A DNA stretch of 60,160 bases, filler included. It is 4 parts of 4 records of this genome, joined end to end, with 100 filler letters (N's around TTAATTAATTAA, not from the genome) between each part and the next. Parts side by side here need not be neighbours in the genome. Positions count along the whole stretch, not along the records: positions 8,465 to 34,687 come from DRR723986_8928; 3 more parts are not named here. One strand, given 5' to 3'. Of the stretch, positions 12,042 through 21,959 are shown piece after piece. The position numbers and the translations under genes were made by a program. Positions within the stretch are counted from its first letter, which is position 1. Every line of letters begins with the position of its first letter. Under the pieces are notes generated by a model. The model did not search any database, had not been told where the DNA came from, and saw nothing but the letters and a program-made list of their open reading frames with translations.

Positions 12042-13460
12042 ATGCCTAAGCCAAGCAGGGTTTACCAACTGTGTCGTGGATGCGCGGCTCAAGCGTGTCG
12101 CGTCCAAGCATGCTCAGTTGCTCTTGTTGTCTTCGCTGCCGTGCTCGCGGAAGATGCCGCAATCCAGTCCGTGGCGGCTCAGACGACATCTGAGGGCACC
12201 TCAACGCCCAATCTCGCGGCGACGGATCGGATCGGAGGAGGCGATGAAGGCAAGCCAGACGCGTTCGTTACCCCTGACTCAAAACTATCCAAACTGCTGA
12301 AGGGGAAGCTCGAGAAAATTCGAGCAAAATTTGGCCTGCCAGCTCTTTGGGCGGCACGCTACCAGGTGACCAAGCCGCAGGGCGAGGCGTTTTTCATCGC
12401 TGCAACCGGCCTGCGGAAATCGGGGGCCGAGAGCCCTGCAAGCGTCGACGATCCTGTTCACTTGGGTTCCTGCACTAAGGCGATCACCGCGTTAATGATC
12501 GCTCAAGCTGTCTCGGCGGGTGAGATTGAGTGGACCGATACGCTGGGACGGCTGTTGCCCACCCACGACGGGATAAACGAGTCCAAGTGGAGTGACGTCA
12601 CTGTTCTGGAACTGATGCAGCAACGCAGCGGCTGCGCTACGACGACTCCTTGGCACATCTTCCACCAAGTTCACCCAGATGACGTGCTGGCGGCTCGCCG
12701 CGCCATGGTCGATTGGCTGCTTGAGCAAGATAGGCCTGCGAATCCGAAGTTCGAGTACTCCAATCTCAACTACGCACTGCTCGGGCACATCTTAGAAGTA
12801 GCACATGGCGAGACCTGGGAGACGCTGATCGCCAAACGCATCTTCGAGCCACTGGGGATTGAGAGGTTTGGTTTCGGTCCGGTCAGCAAGCCGGATGTTG
12901 TCTCCCAAGCTTCGCAGGATACCGATGAAACGAGCGATCAGAAGGCTGCGTCGGTGCATGCACCTTGGGGGCACGTCGTTGATGCCTCCATCGGCAAGCT
13001 GCTCGGGCGGGCCATTGCTTCGGCCGCCAGTGGAGGTGCAACGATCCACGATCACTCCCCGGTAGAGATCGACAACGTTCCCCCGCTCGGACCCGCTGGG
13101 CGATTGCACATGCCGATGACCCAGTGGTGCAAGCTGCTCAAGTTATTCATCGACGAACAGGCACCAGAGCAGTTGTTGGGCGTCAAGCAAGCTGATTGGG
13201 ATATGCTGACCGCCACTGCACCCGATGAAAACTATGCAGGAGGTTGGATTATTCTCGATCGCGAGTGGGCCGGCGGAAAGACTCTAATGCACAACGGCAG
13301 CAACACGACGTGGTACTGCGTGGCCTGGATGGGCCCAAAGAACGACGTGATCAATGTTGCCGCAACCAACTGTTACGACCCAAACGTGCAAAAGGCTTGT
13401 GACAAAGCGATTGGCGCTCTTTTCGAAGTGGCTGAGGCAGCCAAGAAGCAAGAGGACTAG
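12042..13460 (+). CDS. Secreted serine hydrolase, beta-lactamase/class C-like family
   Basis: SxxK (GSCTK), YSN and HNG motifs; hydrophobic N-terminal segment; start codon uncertain (11970 or 12042). Confidence 0.85.
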   Translation: MPKPSRVYQLCRGCAAQACRVQACSVALVVFAAVLAEDAAIQSVAAQTTSEGTSTPNLAATDRIGGGDEGKPDAFVTPDSKLSKLLKGKLEKIRAKFGLPALWAARYQVTKPQGEAFFIAATGLRKSGAESPASVDDPVHLGSCTKAITALMIAQAVSAGEIEWTDTLGRLLPTHDGINESKWSDVTVLELMQQRSGCATTTPWHIFHQVHPDDVLAARRAMVDWLLEQDRPANPKFEYSNLNYALLGHILEVAHGETWETLIAKRIFEPLGIERFGFGPVSKPDVVSQASQDTDETSDQKAASVHAPWGHVVDASIGKLLGRAIASAASGGATIHDHSPVEIDNVPPLGPAGRLHMPMTQWCKLLKLFIDEQAPEQLLGVKQADWDMLTATAPDENYAGGWIILDREWAGGKTLMHNGSNTTWYCVAWMGPKNDVINVAATNCYDPNVQKACDKAIGALFEVAEAAKKQED

Positions 13461-13551
13461 AAAGTAAGAAGACATAGAGTCGTCACCTGCTAGCGCCGCG
13501 ACGATCCTGTTCAACCTATGCAATTCGGAAGCGTAGAAGGTCCCAGATCAT

Positions 13552-15111
13552 CTACTTGAGCTTCGGTTTTGACGTGTGCTTGATCTTGGGGCGTCGCATG
13601 TCACTGTCGGGTTCGCGGAATACCCACGGCTGCCAAGAATCCCGAACGCTCTTCCACTCAGCCAGTGATCGAGTTGGATACCAGGCGGGTAACCCATGAC
13701 GTGCGAACTCGAATCGGCCCACGTTCTCAGCAACCCACTGTCCAACTGGTTTACTCGGGCGTTCGCTCGGATACACGCCCTCTGCACGAAAGTCCTCGCC
13801 AACGCCTTGGTCTCGGATCACCTCGTCGCGCCATTGCTGCAGTTTCGATAACAACTCAAGCTTCTGTTGCTGGTACTGAGGTTCGTCGGCAACATTGTGA
13901 ACTTCGTGCGGATCGCGGCGAAGATCAAACATCTCAACTGGTGGTTTCTCCGGAGCGAAGAACGCGGCCTGCTCGGGCGTGAGTTTGCCTTCCAGGTAGA
14001 GCACGCTCATTTCCGCCAGCGGTGGATAAGATCCTTCCTTGTAGAAACTCAATTGGCAATACGACCGCTCGGGCATCAAATTGAGAATGAGCTTGAAGTC
14101 CTTTGAGCGGATCGACCTCATCGCGTCGTGCGTTTCCCCCATGCGGTCTCGGGCTGCGAAGGTGTACCGTCGGTCCTTGATCTTCGCCGAAAAAAGGCTT
14201 TCGCCATGCAAGGGGGACGGCGGGGTGACATTGGCAACGTCAAGAATCGTCGCACAAATGTCGATCGACATGACAAGATCGTCGTTCACCTGCCCTGGAA
14301 GCACTTTCCCGGGCCAACGCACGATCATGGGAACCTGAGTCCCTTCGTCGTACAGAAACTGCTTGCCGCGAATGTGACAACGGCCATGGTCTGCGATAAA
14401 GAAAACGAGCGTGTTCTGTGCAAGTCCGTCGTCGTCCAATCGCTTCAGCAGCTTGCCGACCTCACGATCAACAATCTGCATCTGCTCCAGTCCATTTGCC
14501 CAGTCCCGGCGGATAAAGTCCGTGTCTGCGTAGTAGGGCGGCAACTCGACATCAGCGATATCGATTGGACGCTGCGGATCGCGCCGCCAGCTTCGATGTG
14601 TCCCATCGAAAGTGATTCGCGCGAAGAAGGGTTGTCCCTCGCGACGCTGGGACCAATCCGTCCCCTGAAACAGCTCACCTTTCGTGTCTGGCAGAAAGTT
14701 GCAGTCCACCTTCTTGCTCATCAGGCAAGTGAAATAGCCCGCGTCGGCAAGCAGGTGAGGTATCGGACGTACTCCGTGTGGCAACGGTTGCTTGTTGAGC
14801 GTTCGGTGTTGCTGGCAGCCAATAAAGTCCTGGTGGTAACCAGTCATCATTGCCGAACGGCTCGTTGAACAAACCGGTGATGTCGTGAATGCCCGTTCGT
14901 ATCGAACTCCCTGTGAGGCAAGTTCGTCGACGTGAGGCGTGTGGATCCCTTTGGTGCCGTAGCACGACAGATCCGGACTCCAGTCTTCGATGGTTATCCA
15001 AAGGATGTTGGGCCTGGCTTCATCACTGGCTTGCACTGGTGCCGTGACCAGTGCCAAGCAAATACAAGCAGCAATTCGCCGGCCAAGAGACTGCCAGTCA
15101 CAACCCGCCAT
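13552..15111 (-). CDS. Formylglycine-type (S1) sulfatase, exported
   Basis: RPNILWITIED, CSTSRSAMMTG, ADHG, KQFLYDEG and EMFDL..DPHE motifs; signal peptide ending VQA. Confidence 0.93.
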   Translation of the reverse strand: MAGCDWQSLGRRIAACICLALVTAPVQASDEARPNILWITIEDWSPDLSCYGTKGIHTPHVDELASQGVRYERAFTTSPVCSTSRSAMMTGYHQDFIGCQQHRTLNKQPLPHGVRPIPHLLADAGYFTCLMSKKVDCNFLPDTKGELFQGTDWSQRREGQPFFARITFDGTHRSWRRDPQRPIDIADVELPPYYADTDFIRRDWANGLEQMQIVDREVGKLLKRLDDDGLAQNTLVFFIADHGRCHIRGKQFLYDEGTQVPMIVRWPGKVLPGQVNDDLVMSIDICATILDVANVTPPSPLHGESLFSAKIKDRRYTFAARDRMGETHDAMRSIRSKDFKLILNLMPERSYCQLSFYKEGSYPPLAEMSVLYLEGKLTPEQAAFFAPEKPPVEMFDLRRDPHEVHNVADEPQYQQQKLELLSKLQQWRDEVIRDQGVGEDFRAEGVYPSERPSKPVGQWVAENVGRFEFARHGLPAWYPTRSLAEWKSVRDSWQPWVFREPDSDMRRPKIKHTSKPKLK

Positions 15112-15181
15112 TCCATCCTCACTTTGCAAACAGCAACCAGCCCGAGTGCTATCGCCACGGGGTGCCCCGAACTACTTCAAC

Positions 15182-17032
15182 CTAGTTGGGAGGTGGAAGC
15201 TGGACGACTGACTCCAGATGCAAGCCGTCGTTATCGGCTCGAAGTTCGTTGACCATGACGCCGAGCGTTCCTTCGCTTTCTTCAGGCGAAGGTAGCTCGG
15301 CCAGCATTGCTTCAAAAAGGGAAAAGGCCGGGTCATCACCGCCGAATTGGTTCTGGACGGTTTGCATTTGTGTCACGATGCTTTCGAGCGCCTTGAAGGC
15401 CGCTTGCTGTTGAGTGTTTCCGTCGGCGATGTCGATTCGCATTCCTGGTTCACCACTGAGCATGTCCAACCCGATATCGTAAGTGTCTGAGCCAACAAAG
15501 CTGTCTTTGCCGCTGGGGGGATTCTTGATTGCAACGATCGTCTTCTCCAGAACACCTTCGCCTAGCCCAACGATCAGGTATCCGTCTCCGATGGCGGCAG
15601 CAAGTTCAATCGGTGCACCGTTGACTCTAAGGCCGAAGTAGCCTTGCTCGTCGGTCTCTTCAATTCCGCCTGGTGGTGCAAATGCCGTCGCACTGCGGGC
15701 AAAATCTTCTACAAGGTCTTGATCGCCGAGTTCGACAACAATCGCGGTTGGCTCTTGCAGTTCGCCGGATTCATTCTCAAGTGCTTGGGCAACAATTTCG
15801 CTATCAAGTGGGAACACGAGCGAGGTCACGCGTGGTCCTAGAGCACCCAGCAACTCGACAAGGTCGACTTGAAGCAGTGCCTTTGCCTGCCCTTTAACGA
15901 TTTCGAAGCCGGAAGCGGTTGAAGGAAACTCGCGACGAACGTTTTCTTCAATGATAGAGAACACTGCGTCGAGCTCGAGATAGCCCTGAGAAACGGTGTG
16001 AGCCGTAGATGGAAGCCACTTCGGAGGGTCGAATGCCTCTTGTTCAATGTCAAGCAACTGTCCGAGACCGATGCGTGGCGATGGCCATTGTAGCTGTAGG
16101 TCTTGTCGCATCAGTTGATCGCCGTACGCCATGCTGAAGGTTAGCCAGCCTATCTGCTCGAAACCCGTCAGTCGTGCGATCCGCTCAACCTCTTCCTCTG
16201 GTGCTTGCGACTGCTCGATAATCGTCTTGCTCAACAAAGGCCCGTTCACAGCCGCTTCGAAAAACGATTGCTCGGCGTCGGAAGCACGTTCCGGTTGAGG
16301 CAACCCGTCGGCGAATTCGAACCGTTCGGAGCTGGGCAGGTCTTCACTGAGAAGTCGCTCAACCTGCTCAGTTAGGAAGTCAATGCAAGCATCTTCGTCA
16401 TCTTCAATAATTGGCTTTGGCATCAGAGAGACTACAAGATGGTTGCCTCGCTTTGCGAAGATGGTATTGATGCTCCCGCCAGGTACGCTCAGGTTCAGCC
16501 AGAATGCGTCTGCATCGTTAACGTCCGCATCGAGAGACTTGACGTCGTCGGAATCTTCAACTTCGTCGTCAACCAATTGATTGATAATGTCCCAGAGTTT
16601 GTCGGCCGTCTCGTCTGAAGGGCTCGCCCAAACGGAAACACACGGTGCAAAATCCTCCGTACGGTCGCCGATGTAGGCGATTCCCATCTCGCCGGAGAAC
16701 ATGCCAAGCAGCTCATCCGGGCTCCATTCTTGTTCAGCCAACTTTGATGCCGGGGATCCCTCTCGCGCGCTTCCTTCGAGCGCATCGATAGTGATTTCAG
16801 CGAATCTGGCGAGTCGCGCGTCATCGAGAAAGAGGGCACCGAACTGGGTTTCCTCTATCATCTGTTCGGCCAACTCAGGACTCGACGCCAAACGGACTGC
16901 GGCAATCGTGGACGCTGGTAGTCGCTCCCAGCCCGAATGAGGTTCGTCGGCAGTGCATCGCGAAGATGGCTGCAATGTGAGCGCGGCGGATGCAAGTAGA
17001 ACGAAGGCGAAAGGCCGGACTATGTTGGACAT
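15182..17032 (-). CDS. Secreted acidic protein of unknown function (DUF3352-like architecture possible)
   Basis: Long clean ORF with signal peptide, D/E-rich, with repeated LPxx motifs (LPAST, WLPST); no catalytic motif recognised. Confidence 0.7.
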   Translation of the reverse strand: MSNIVRPFAFVLLASAALTLQPSSRCTADEPHSGWERLPASTIAAVRLASSPELAEQMIEETQFGALFLDDARLARFAEITIDALEGSAREGSPASKLAEQEWSPDELLGMFSGEMGIAYIGDRTEDFAPCVSVWASPSDETADKLWDIINQLVDDEVEDSDDVKSLDADVNDADAFWLNLSVPGGSINTIFAKRGNHLVVSLMPKPIIEDDEDACIDFLTEQVERLLSEDLPSSERFEFADGLPQPERASDAEQSFFEAAVNGPLLSKTIIEQSQAPEEEVERIARLTGFEQIGWLTFSMAYGDQLMRQDLQLQWPSPRIGLGQLLDIEQEAFDPPKWLPSTAHTVSQGYLELDAVFSIIEENVRREFPSTASGFEIVKGQAKALLQVDLVELLGALGPRVTSLVFPLDSEIVAQALENESGELQEPTAIVVELGDQDLVEDFARSATAFAPPGGIEETDEQGYFGLRVNGAPIELAAAIGDGYLIVGLGEGVLEKTIVAIKNPPSGKDSFVGSDTYDIGLDMLSGEPGMRIDIADGNTQQQAAFKALESIVTQMQTVQNQFGGDDPAFSLFEAMLAELPSPEESEGTLGVMVNELRADNDGLHLESVVQLPPPN

Positions 17033-17103
17033 CAAACTCTCGATACGAATTAGGAGCTGTCAGGTTGAGGGCAACAATTTACGAAATAGCAGGCGCTATT
17101 GCG

Positions 17104-18078
17104 TTAGTCTTCATCTGAGGACCACTTGGGTGGAGCAAGATACTTTACTCCATTTTGCGGCTGTGTTGAATCGAACAAGTAAGCATCTCGGTGCTTCAAG
17201 AAGTCGACAAGGTCCGAGACGGGAATGCCGAATGCAAGACCATCGAAACTAGAGTAGCCTGCACAGGCAACACCAATCACTTCACCGCGAAGGTTGAACA
17301 GTGGTCCACCACTATTGCCCGGGTTGATCGACGCGTCGGTCTGAACGAACCGAAGGTGCCCCATCGTCCGCGTTACTGAGCTGACGATGCCTTGGGTGAC
17401 AGAGCGCTCAAGGCCGAGAGGGTTGCCGATCGCGAATACAGACTCGCCAACCGAAACCTCTTCTTTTGCGATCGTTACATGAGGCAGCTTGAGGTCGATC
17501 ATCTCCTGCGAATCGATCTTCAACAGCGCGAGGTCACGATGAGGGTTGACCGCTAGAATCTTCACATTGCTCAGCGTCTTCTTTTCATAGCCTGCTGCAG
17601 TTCGTTGAAACGCGGTTACCTTTACGTCCAGCTCTTCCTCGACCACGTGATAGTTGGTGATGAAGTGGCCTTGTTTGCTGATGAGGAAACCGCTGCCAAC
17701 GCCTGATGCTGTCGACACAGTCAGAACCGCATCACCAAAGTTGTTGACATGGCGATTGATCCCCGCTGGCTTCAGCCTGCCGGTCGTATAAATGTCAAAA
17801 CTCTCACGGTCTGTGCGAATTTGACTCTTGTTTTGGTCGAGCACCTCAACGACCTGTTTGGCCGGAATACTGACGATTTCACTGCCCAAGTCGATGATGA
17901 CGCGTTCGTCGCTACGTCGAAGTAGGGGAGCGGTAATCTGTGATCCGTTGTTCAATTGAACGGTGACAACCTTTTCGTCATCATCACCGGCAATAGAACT
18001 TGCACTGGGCAAACATAGGGTTGCTGCTAGAGCCAGGGCGGCGGCAATCGGGAGTCGTTTGAATTGCAAATTGATCAT
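17104..18078 (-). CDS. Trypsin-like (S1C/HtrA-type) serine protease without PDZ domain
   Basis: Catalytic triad motifs TNYHVV, DLALL and GNSGGP; signal peptide; extra N-terminal domain. Confidence 0.92.
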   Translation of the reverse strand: MINLQFKRLPIAAALALAATLCLPSASSIAGDDDEKVVTVQLNNGSQITAPLLRRSDERVIIDLGSEIVSIPAKQVVEVLDQNKSQIRTDRESFDIYTTGRLKPAGINRHVNNFGDAVLTVSTASGVGSGFLISKQGHFITNYHVVEEELDVKVTAFQRTAAGYEKKTLSNVKILAVNPHRDLALLKIDSQEMIDLKLPHVTIAKEEVSVGESVFAIGNPLGLERSVTQGIVSSVTRTMGHLRFVQTDASINPGNSGGPLFNLRGEVIGVACAGYSSFDGLAFGIPVSDLVDFLKHRDAYLFDSTQPQNGVKYLAPPKWSSDED

Positions 18079-20264
18079 TTGGGATCCTTTCCGAAGTAAA
18101 TCACCAACCGGTCGTGGCAGAGCATGGCTAAATCTGGTGCTTTATCACCGTCGAGATCCATCGAAGCGACCGCGCGGGGCTCTCGCTCAGCGCCATCGTC
18201 TCCGAAATCGTCACCGCCGTAAGGATATGTCATATCTTCAAAGACCTTCCAAGAAGCGATCTTCTCAAAAGTGTCGCCCAGCTTCATTGCGGTCAGGTTG
18301 TGTTCGCCGTCGTCACAGAGCAGCAGTTCATCTTTCCCGTCTAGGTCCAGATCCGCGACCAGAAATCTATCGCAATCTCCCTTTCCGGCTGCCCCGCGTC
18401 GGCTCTTGGGAGTGAGGGCTTCGACCTGCTTGAGCTCTTCCTGCTTTCCGTCGGACAAGCTGACGATGCTGTCACGTCCAACGCTCAGCAGCCCCAGCAC
18501 GGCATCGCGAGTGATCGACTCGGTGCCGGCAAGTTCATACCGCATCTCTTCTTTGGAGACGCCGGTTTCGTCCGGTTTCATCAGGTGAATTGTTCCATTA
18601 GCCGCATCGACTGCCCACCCGGAGGAGAGGGAATCTGGCAGGAAGTCGGCGATTTCCTGCGAGTCGCCCAACATGACTTGTTCGAACGGCTCAAGCTCTT
18701 CATCGAGCCACTGCAGCACGCCGTCTGTTAATCGTCCAACTTTTACTTCACCGCCAATGTCGTATACACGGAACTCTTCCACTTCAGCACGCTGAAGCGC
18801 TGTCGGCTCGCTCTTCGCAGGCTTAGTCTCTCCTTCGGGCAGATCGAACAGAACCAGTCCACGAGCGCGACGTTCTTTAGCCAGCAGACGGTTGTCGCCA
18901 ATCCACAGAACTTCTTCAACCGAAGAGCCAACGCCGTCAAACGTGACTGTCTCGGGCTTCTCTGCGGATGCACTCCACTTGTTCAAGAGAATGTCGCGGC
19001 CGTTTTGCGTTGCCCACCAAGTCGTATCGCCAACCTTGCCAAGTGCGAGAATCTTTGCGTCGTCATCCAGAGTCGTATCGGACTCCATAATCTTTGGATA
19101 AGAGAGTCGATTGCCATCCCACTTGGTTGAGTAAAGTTGGGCGGCATCCTTGCACCAAAGCAAAAGTTGCCCCGGCGTAGCAGCGGGCTGAACCAGTTTG
19201 ACAACATTTCCAAGAGTTGGGAAAGTTGCCCCAGCCTTCCAGCCGTCCTCTGTCAACGAATATGTCTCGAGAAGTGGACTGCTCTTGGACGCCGTCACGA
19301 GAACTTTCTCATCACCCTGGTTTAAGCTACTCCATACCGTGCCGTTTTCGATTGGCAGAGGCAGTTGACGACCGACCGTCGACTCCTCGGTGAAATCCAT
19401 TGCAAAGCGACGTACCATCCCTTCTGCTCGTTCGTCCAGCACAACGACAGGAGTTCGTTCGAAACCGCTTAGGACTCGAACATCCGCGTTGAGGCGGTCG
19501 TGTAGGGTGCGAGCTGGCTGGAAGCTCCCCTCGCCGTCGCCCTGCAGCCAACAAATCGCCTCTTCGGCTGAACGACGTTGTTCAAGAATGTCTTGTTTGC
19601 CGTCACCATCAACGTCCGTTAGCCACCAATCTAGCAGCGTTCGCTCTTCCCGCGGTTGCAGCCACTGCGATGAGATCTCATCGCCCAATGTAACGGTCAG
19701 ATATCCATCTTCGCAAGCGATCATCAACTGGGGATCAGCCGCGTCCCGCACTGGCAGCAGTTGCATCGCCTTGTGTCGGGCAGTTGCCTTCGCGCCAAGC
19801 AGATCAAATTCCTTTGCGACGGTCCATTTGAGCGATTCTTTGTCGCGTTCCATGAACAGCAATCGAGCAGGACCTGCGACCAAGACCGCAAGCTGATGAA
19901 CACCGCCACGCTTGATAGCGACCACATCCATCGGGATCTGTTCGAGCTGGATCTTGGAATGCTTCAGCTCGATAGCAAGTGGCAGAAAGTTTGCGTCCTC
20001 CGGATCTGACAGATTCTCGCCGTCGAGCTGCTCCGTTCGCCCCTCTGGGGCTCGGTAGCTGTAAACATCCAGGCGTGAGTATCTTGGATTTACGACGACG
20101 ACATCGTCAATTCCATCCAAGGTCGCATCGAAGGATCGCAATACCCGAGATGCGCCCTTTTGTTCGGCGACGCGAATTCCCTCCCAGCCGTCGAATTCGA
20201 CCGCAGAAGCTGAAGCAGCCAGGATGCTGCCAGCAAGCGCCAACGTATTTGTTAAACGTCTCAT
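18075..20264 (-). CDS. Secreted FG-GAP/VCBS repeat (beta-propeller) protein
   Basis: Ca-binding loops DVDGDGKQD, DLDLDGKDE and DLDGDKAPD; signal peptide from ATG 20264; ATGA overlap with the protease. Confidence 0.85.
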   Translation of the reverse strand: MRRLTNTLALAGSILAASASAVEFDGWEGIRVAEQKGASRVLRSFDATLDGIDDVVVVNPRYSRLDVYSYRAPEGRTEQLDGENLSDPEDANFLPLAIELKHSKIQLEQIPMDVVAIKRGGVHQLAVLVAGPARLLFMERDKESLKWTVAKEFDLLGAKATARHKAMQLLPVRDAADPQLMIACEDGYLTVTLGDEISSQWLQPREERTLLDWWLTDVDGDGKQDILEQRRSAEEAICWLQGDGEGSFQPARTLHDRLNADVRVLSGFERTPVVVLDERAEGMVRRFAMDFTEESTVGRQLPLPIENGTVWSSLNQGDEKVLVTASKSSPLLETYSLTEDGWKAGATFPTLGNVVKLVQPAATPGQLLLWCKDAAQLYSTKWDGNRLSYPKIMESDTTLDDDAKILALGKVGDTTWWATQNGRDILLNKWSASAEKPETVTFDGVGSSVEEVLWIGDNRLLAKERRARGLVLFDLPEGETKPAKSEPTALQRAEVEEFRVYDIGGEVKVGRLTDGVLQWLDEELEPFEQVMLGDSQEIADFLPDSLSSGWAVDAANGTIHLMKPDETGVSKEEMRYELAGTESITRDAVLGLLSVGRDSIVSLSDGKQEELKQVEALTPKSRRGAAGKGDCDRFLVADLDLDGKDELLLCDDGEHNLTAMKLGDTFEKIASWKVFEDMTYPYGGDDFGDDGAEREPRAVASMDLDGDKAPDLAMLCHDRLVIYFGKDPK

Positions 20265-20825
20265 GTTGATTTGTCGTTGCAGATTCTTGTGTAGTAAAAG
20301 CAATCGTTCAGTTCGACGATGCGATACCGGCTGCGAAAACGCACTTATGAACCAATGGCGTAAGTAAGTGCCGACCAGCGAACTATCTTCTTTCGAACTA
20401 CTGCCATGATAACTGCTCTGCCAAGCACCTTAAGAGCTAGTGGGCCGTATTGTTAGAGTTGGCGGGTGGAAAATGGTGCGTCGCATGGCTTTGCGGATTC
20501 GCCCCGATCCTTAGCCAGTCCTTTTGGGGTGCATGCACGACGGTAGCCCCGAGGATAGTGCGGTCTCAAAGAGTGCACCAGTTTTCACCGTCTGACGGCT
20601 TCTGACGCCGGTTCGCCAGCAAGGCACCCGCAAATTCCGCATGACTCGTTTTATCTTCCGCTGCTGCCGTGGCTTTCAAGATACTTGGCGCGGTTCCACA
20701 CCGAGCGGCATCAAGGCGAAAACTAGCCTTCACTACATTCCCATCCGCGCGATCCGAATTTCGACGCTCAAAAGGCTCGACTTGGGTAGGCCGACTGCGA
20801 GTCGAGCGGCCTACAACGTCGTTGT

Positions 20826-20861
20826 TGACGCAAATTGAGCATTCGGATGCTGACGCAAATT
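20826..20861 (+). promoter_or_regulatory. 11-bp direct repeat around a small palindrome, candidate regulator site
   Basis: TGACGCAAATT at 20826-20836 and 20851-20861, with AGCAT-TCGG-ATGCT between them. Confidence 0.4.
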
Positions 20862-20949
20862 TTGGGAACCTAGGTTTGAGATAACTGCTGGAGCGTACGA
20901 TTGCAAAGTTGTGCGTCCGGCCAGCCATCCAAGAGAAGGAAGCGTACTG

Positions 20950-21456
20950 ATGTCCAGCCAACGCAAGAAACTATTTGTTGACAAAGCGGTACAGGGAGCA
21001 CTGGTGCAACGCGTCGTGCTTCACTGGATTGCCTTTTTCGGAATTACGCTGTGCCTGCTGGCGGCGCTGAACATCTTGCTTGGCGAACACAACCGGTCGA
21101 TCGTCCAGTGTTTGGCGGATATTTGGCAGCAAAATGCGATCATCATCCTGGTGCTGTTAGCGCTGCTACCGGCATTTGTCTACGACACGGTAAAGATGAG
21201 CCATCGTTTTGCTGGACCGATCTTCCGTCTTCGTAGATCCTTGAAACAGTTGGCAGCCGGCGAAGAAGTTGCACCGATTCGGTTCCGTGAAAAGGATTTT
21301 TGGACTGAGCTTGCGAATGACTTCAACGATGTCGCTGAGAAAGTTCGTCGTGGCGATGCCGGAAAATACGAATCCGTAGAAGTGGCTGAGGCGGAGAGCG
21401 TGTACGTTCCTAGCCTGCCGGTCAGCCCTAACACATCAACGAATCAAACCGTCTAG
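20950..21456 (+). CDS. Small two-TM membrane protein with HAMP-like C-terminal segment
   Basis: Two hydrophobic helices followed by SHRFAGPIFRL...L..GE...DFWTELANDFN. Confidence 0.75.
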   Translation: MSSQRKKLFVDKAVQGALVQRVVLHWIAFFGITLCLLAALNILLGEHNRSIVQCLADIWQQNAIIILVLLALLPAFVYDTVKMSHRFAGPIFRLRRSLKQLAAGEEVAPIRFREKDFWTELANDFNDVAEKVRRGDAGKYESVEVAEAESVYVPSLPVSPNTSTNQTV

Positions 21457-21512
21457 AGTCGACCGTATCAGGGTAACGATGCAAAACATCGCTAAGCCCA
21501 GATAAACCGATT

Positions 21513-21956
21513 ATGCGAATTACAAACGTCGTTATGAGACCTCGAAGAACTTACGCCAAACGAGCAATTCATCCCGGCAGACGCCGCGCAAGTGCGGTCG
21601 TTGAACTTGCCGTTTGCATGCCCGTCATTGTGCTACTCGGACTGGGCGCTATCGAGGGTGCGAACAAGATATTTGTTCGGCAGGCCGCAGTGATGGCAAC
21701 TTACGAAGCCGCGAAAGCAATGGCTGATTTCGATGGTACCGAGGCCCGAGCTCAAACACTGTGCACCGCAGTGCTTGAAGCGAGAGGGATCGATGTCCAC
21801 ACTTTGACGTTTGTCCCTGCAAACGCAGAAGATCTTGATGAGGGTGAGCTATTCACAGTTCGTCTACAGGTTCCGGGAAACGTTCGAACAGTTACTGGCG
21901 TGGGGCCGTTCGGTAGCGTCACGATTGAAACCACTGCAACCATGGTGAAGGAATAG
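21513..21956 (+). CDS. TadE/TadG-family pilin-like protein
   Basis: Prepilin-like RRRASAVVELAV, hydrophobic helix, then ATYEAAK. Confidence 0.85.
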   Translation: MRITNVVMRPRRTYAKRAIHPGRRRASAVVELAVCMPVIVLLGLGAIEGANKIFVRQAAVMATYEAAKAMADFDGTEARAQTLCTAVLEARGIDVHTLTFVPANAEDLDEGELFTVRLQVPGNVRTVTGVGPFGSVTIETTATMVKE

Positions 21957-21959
21957 TGA

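Noticed and set aside
20889-20905. Possible sigma54 promoter (TGGAGCGTACGATTGCA) before the Tad cassette
   Set aside because: There are 11 nt between GG and GC rather than the strictly required 10.
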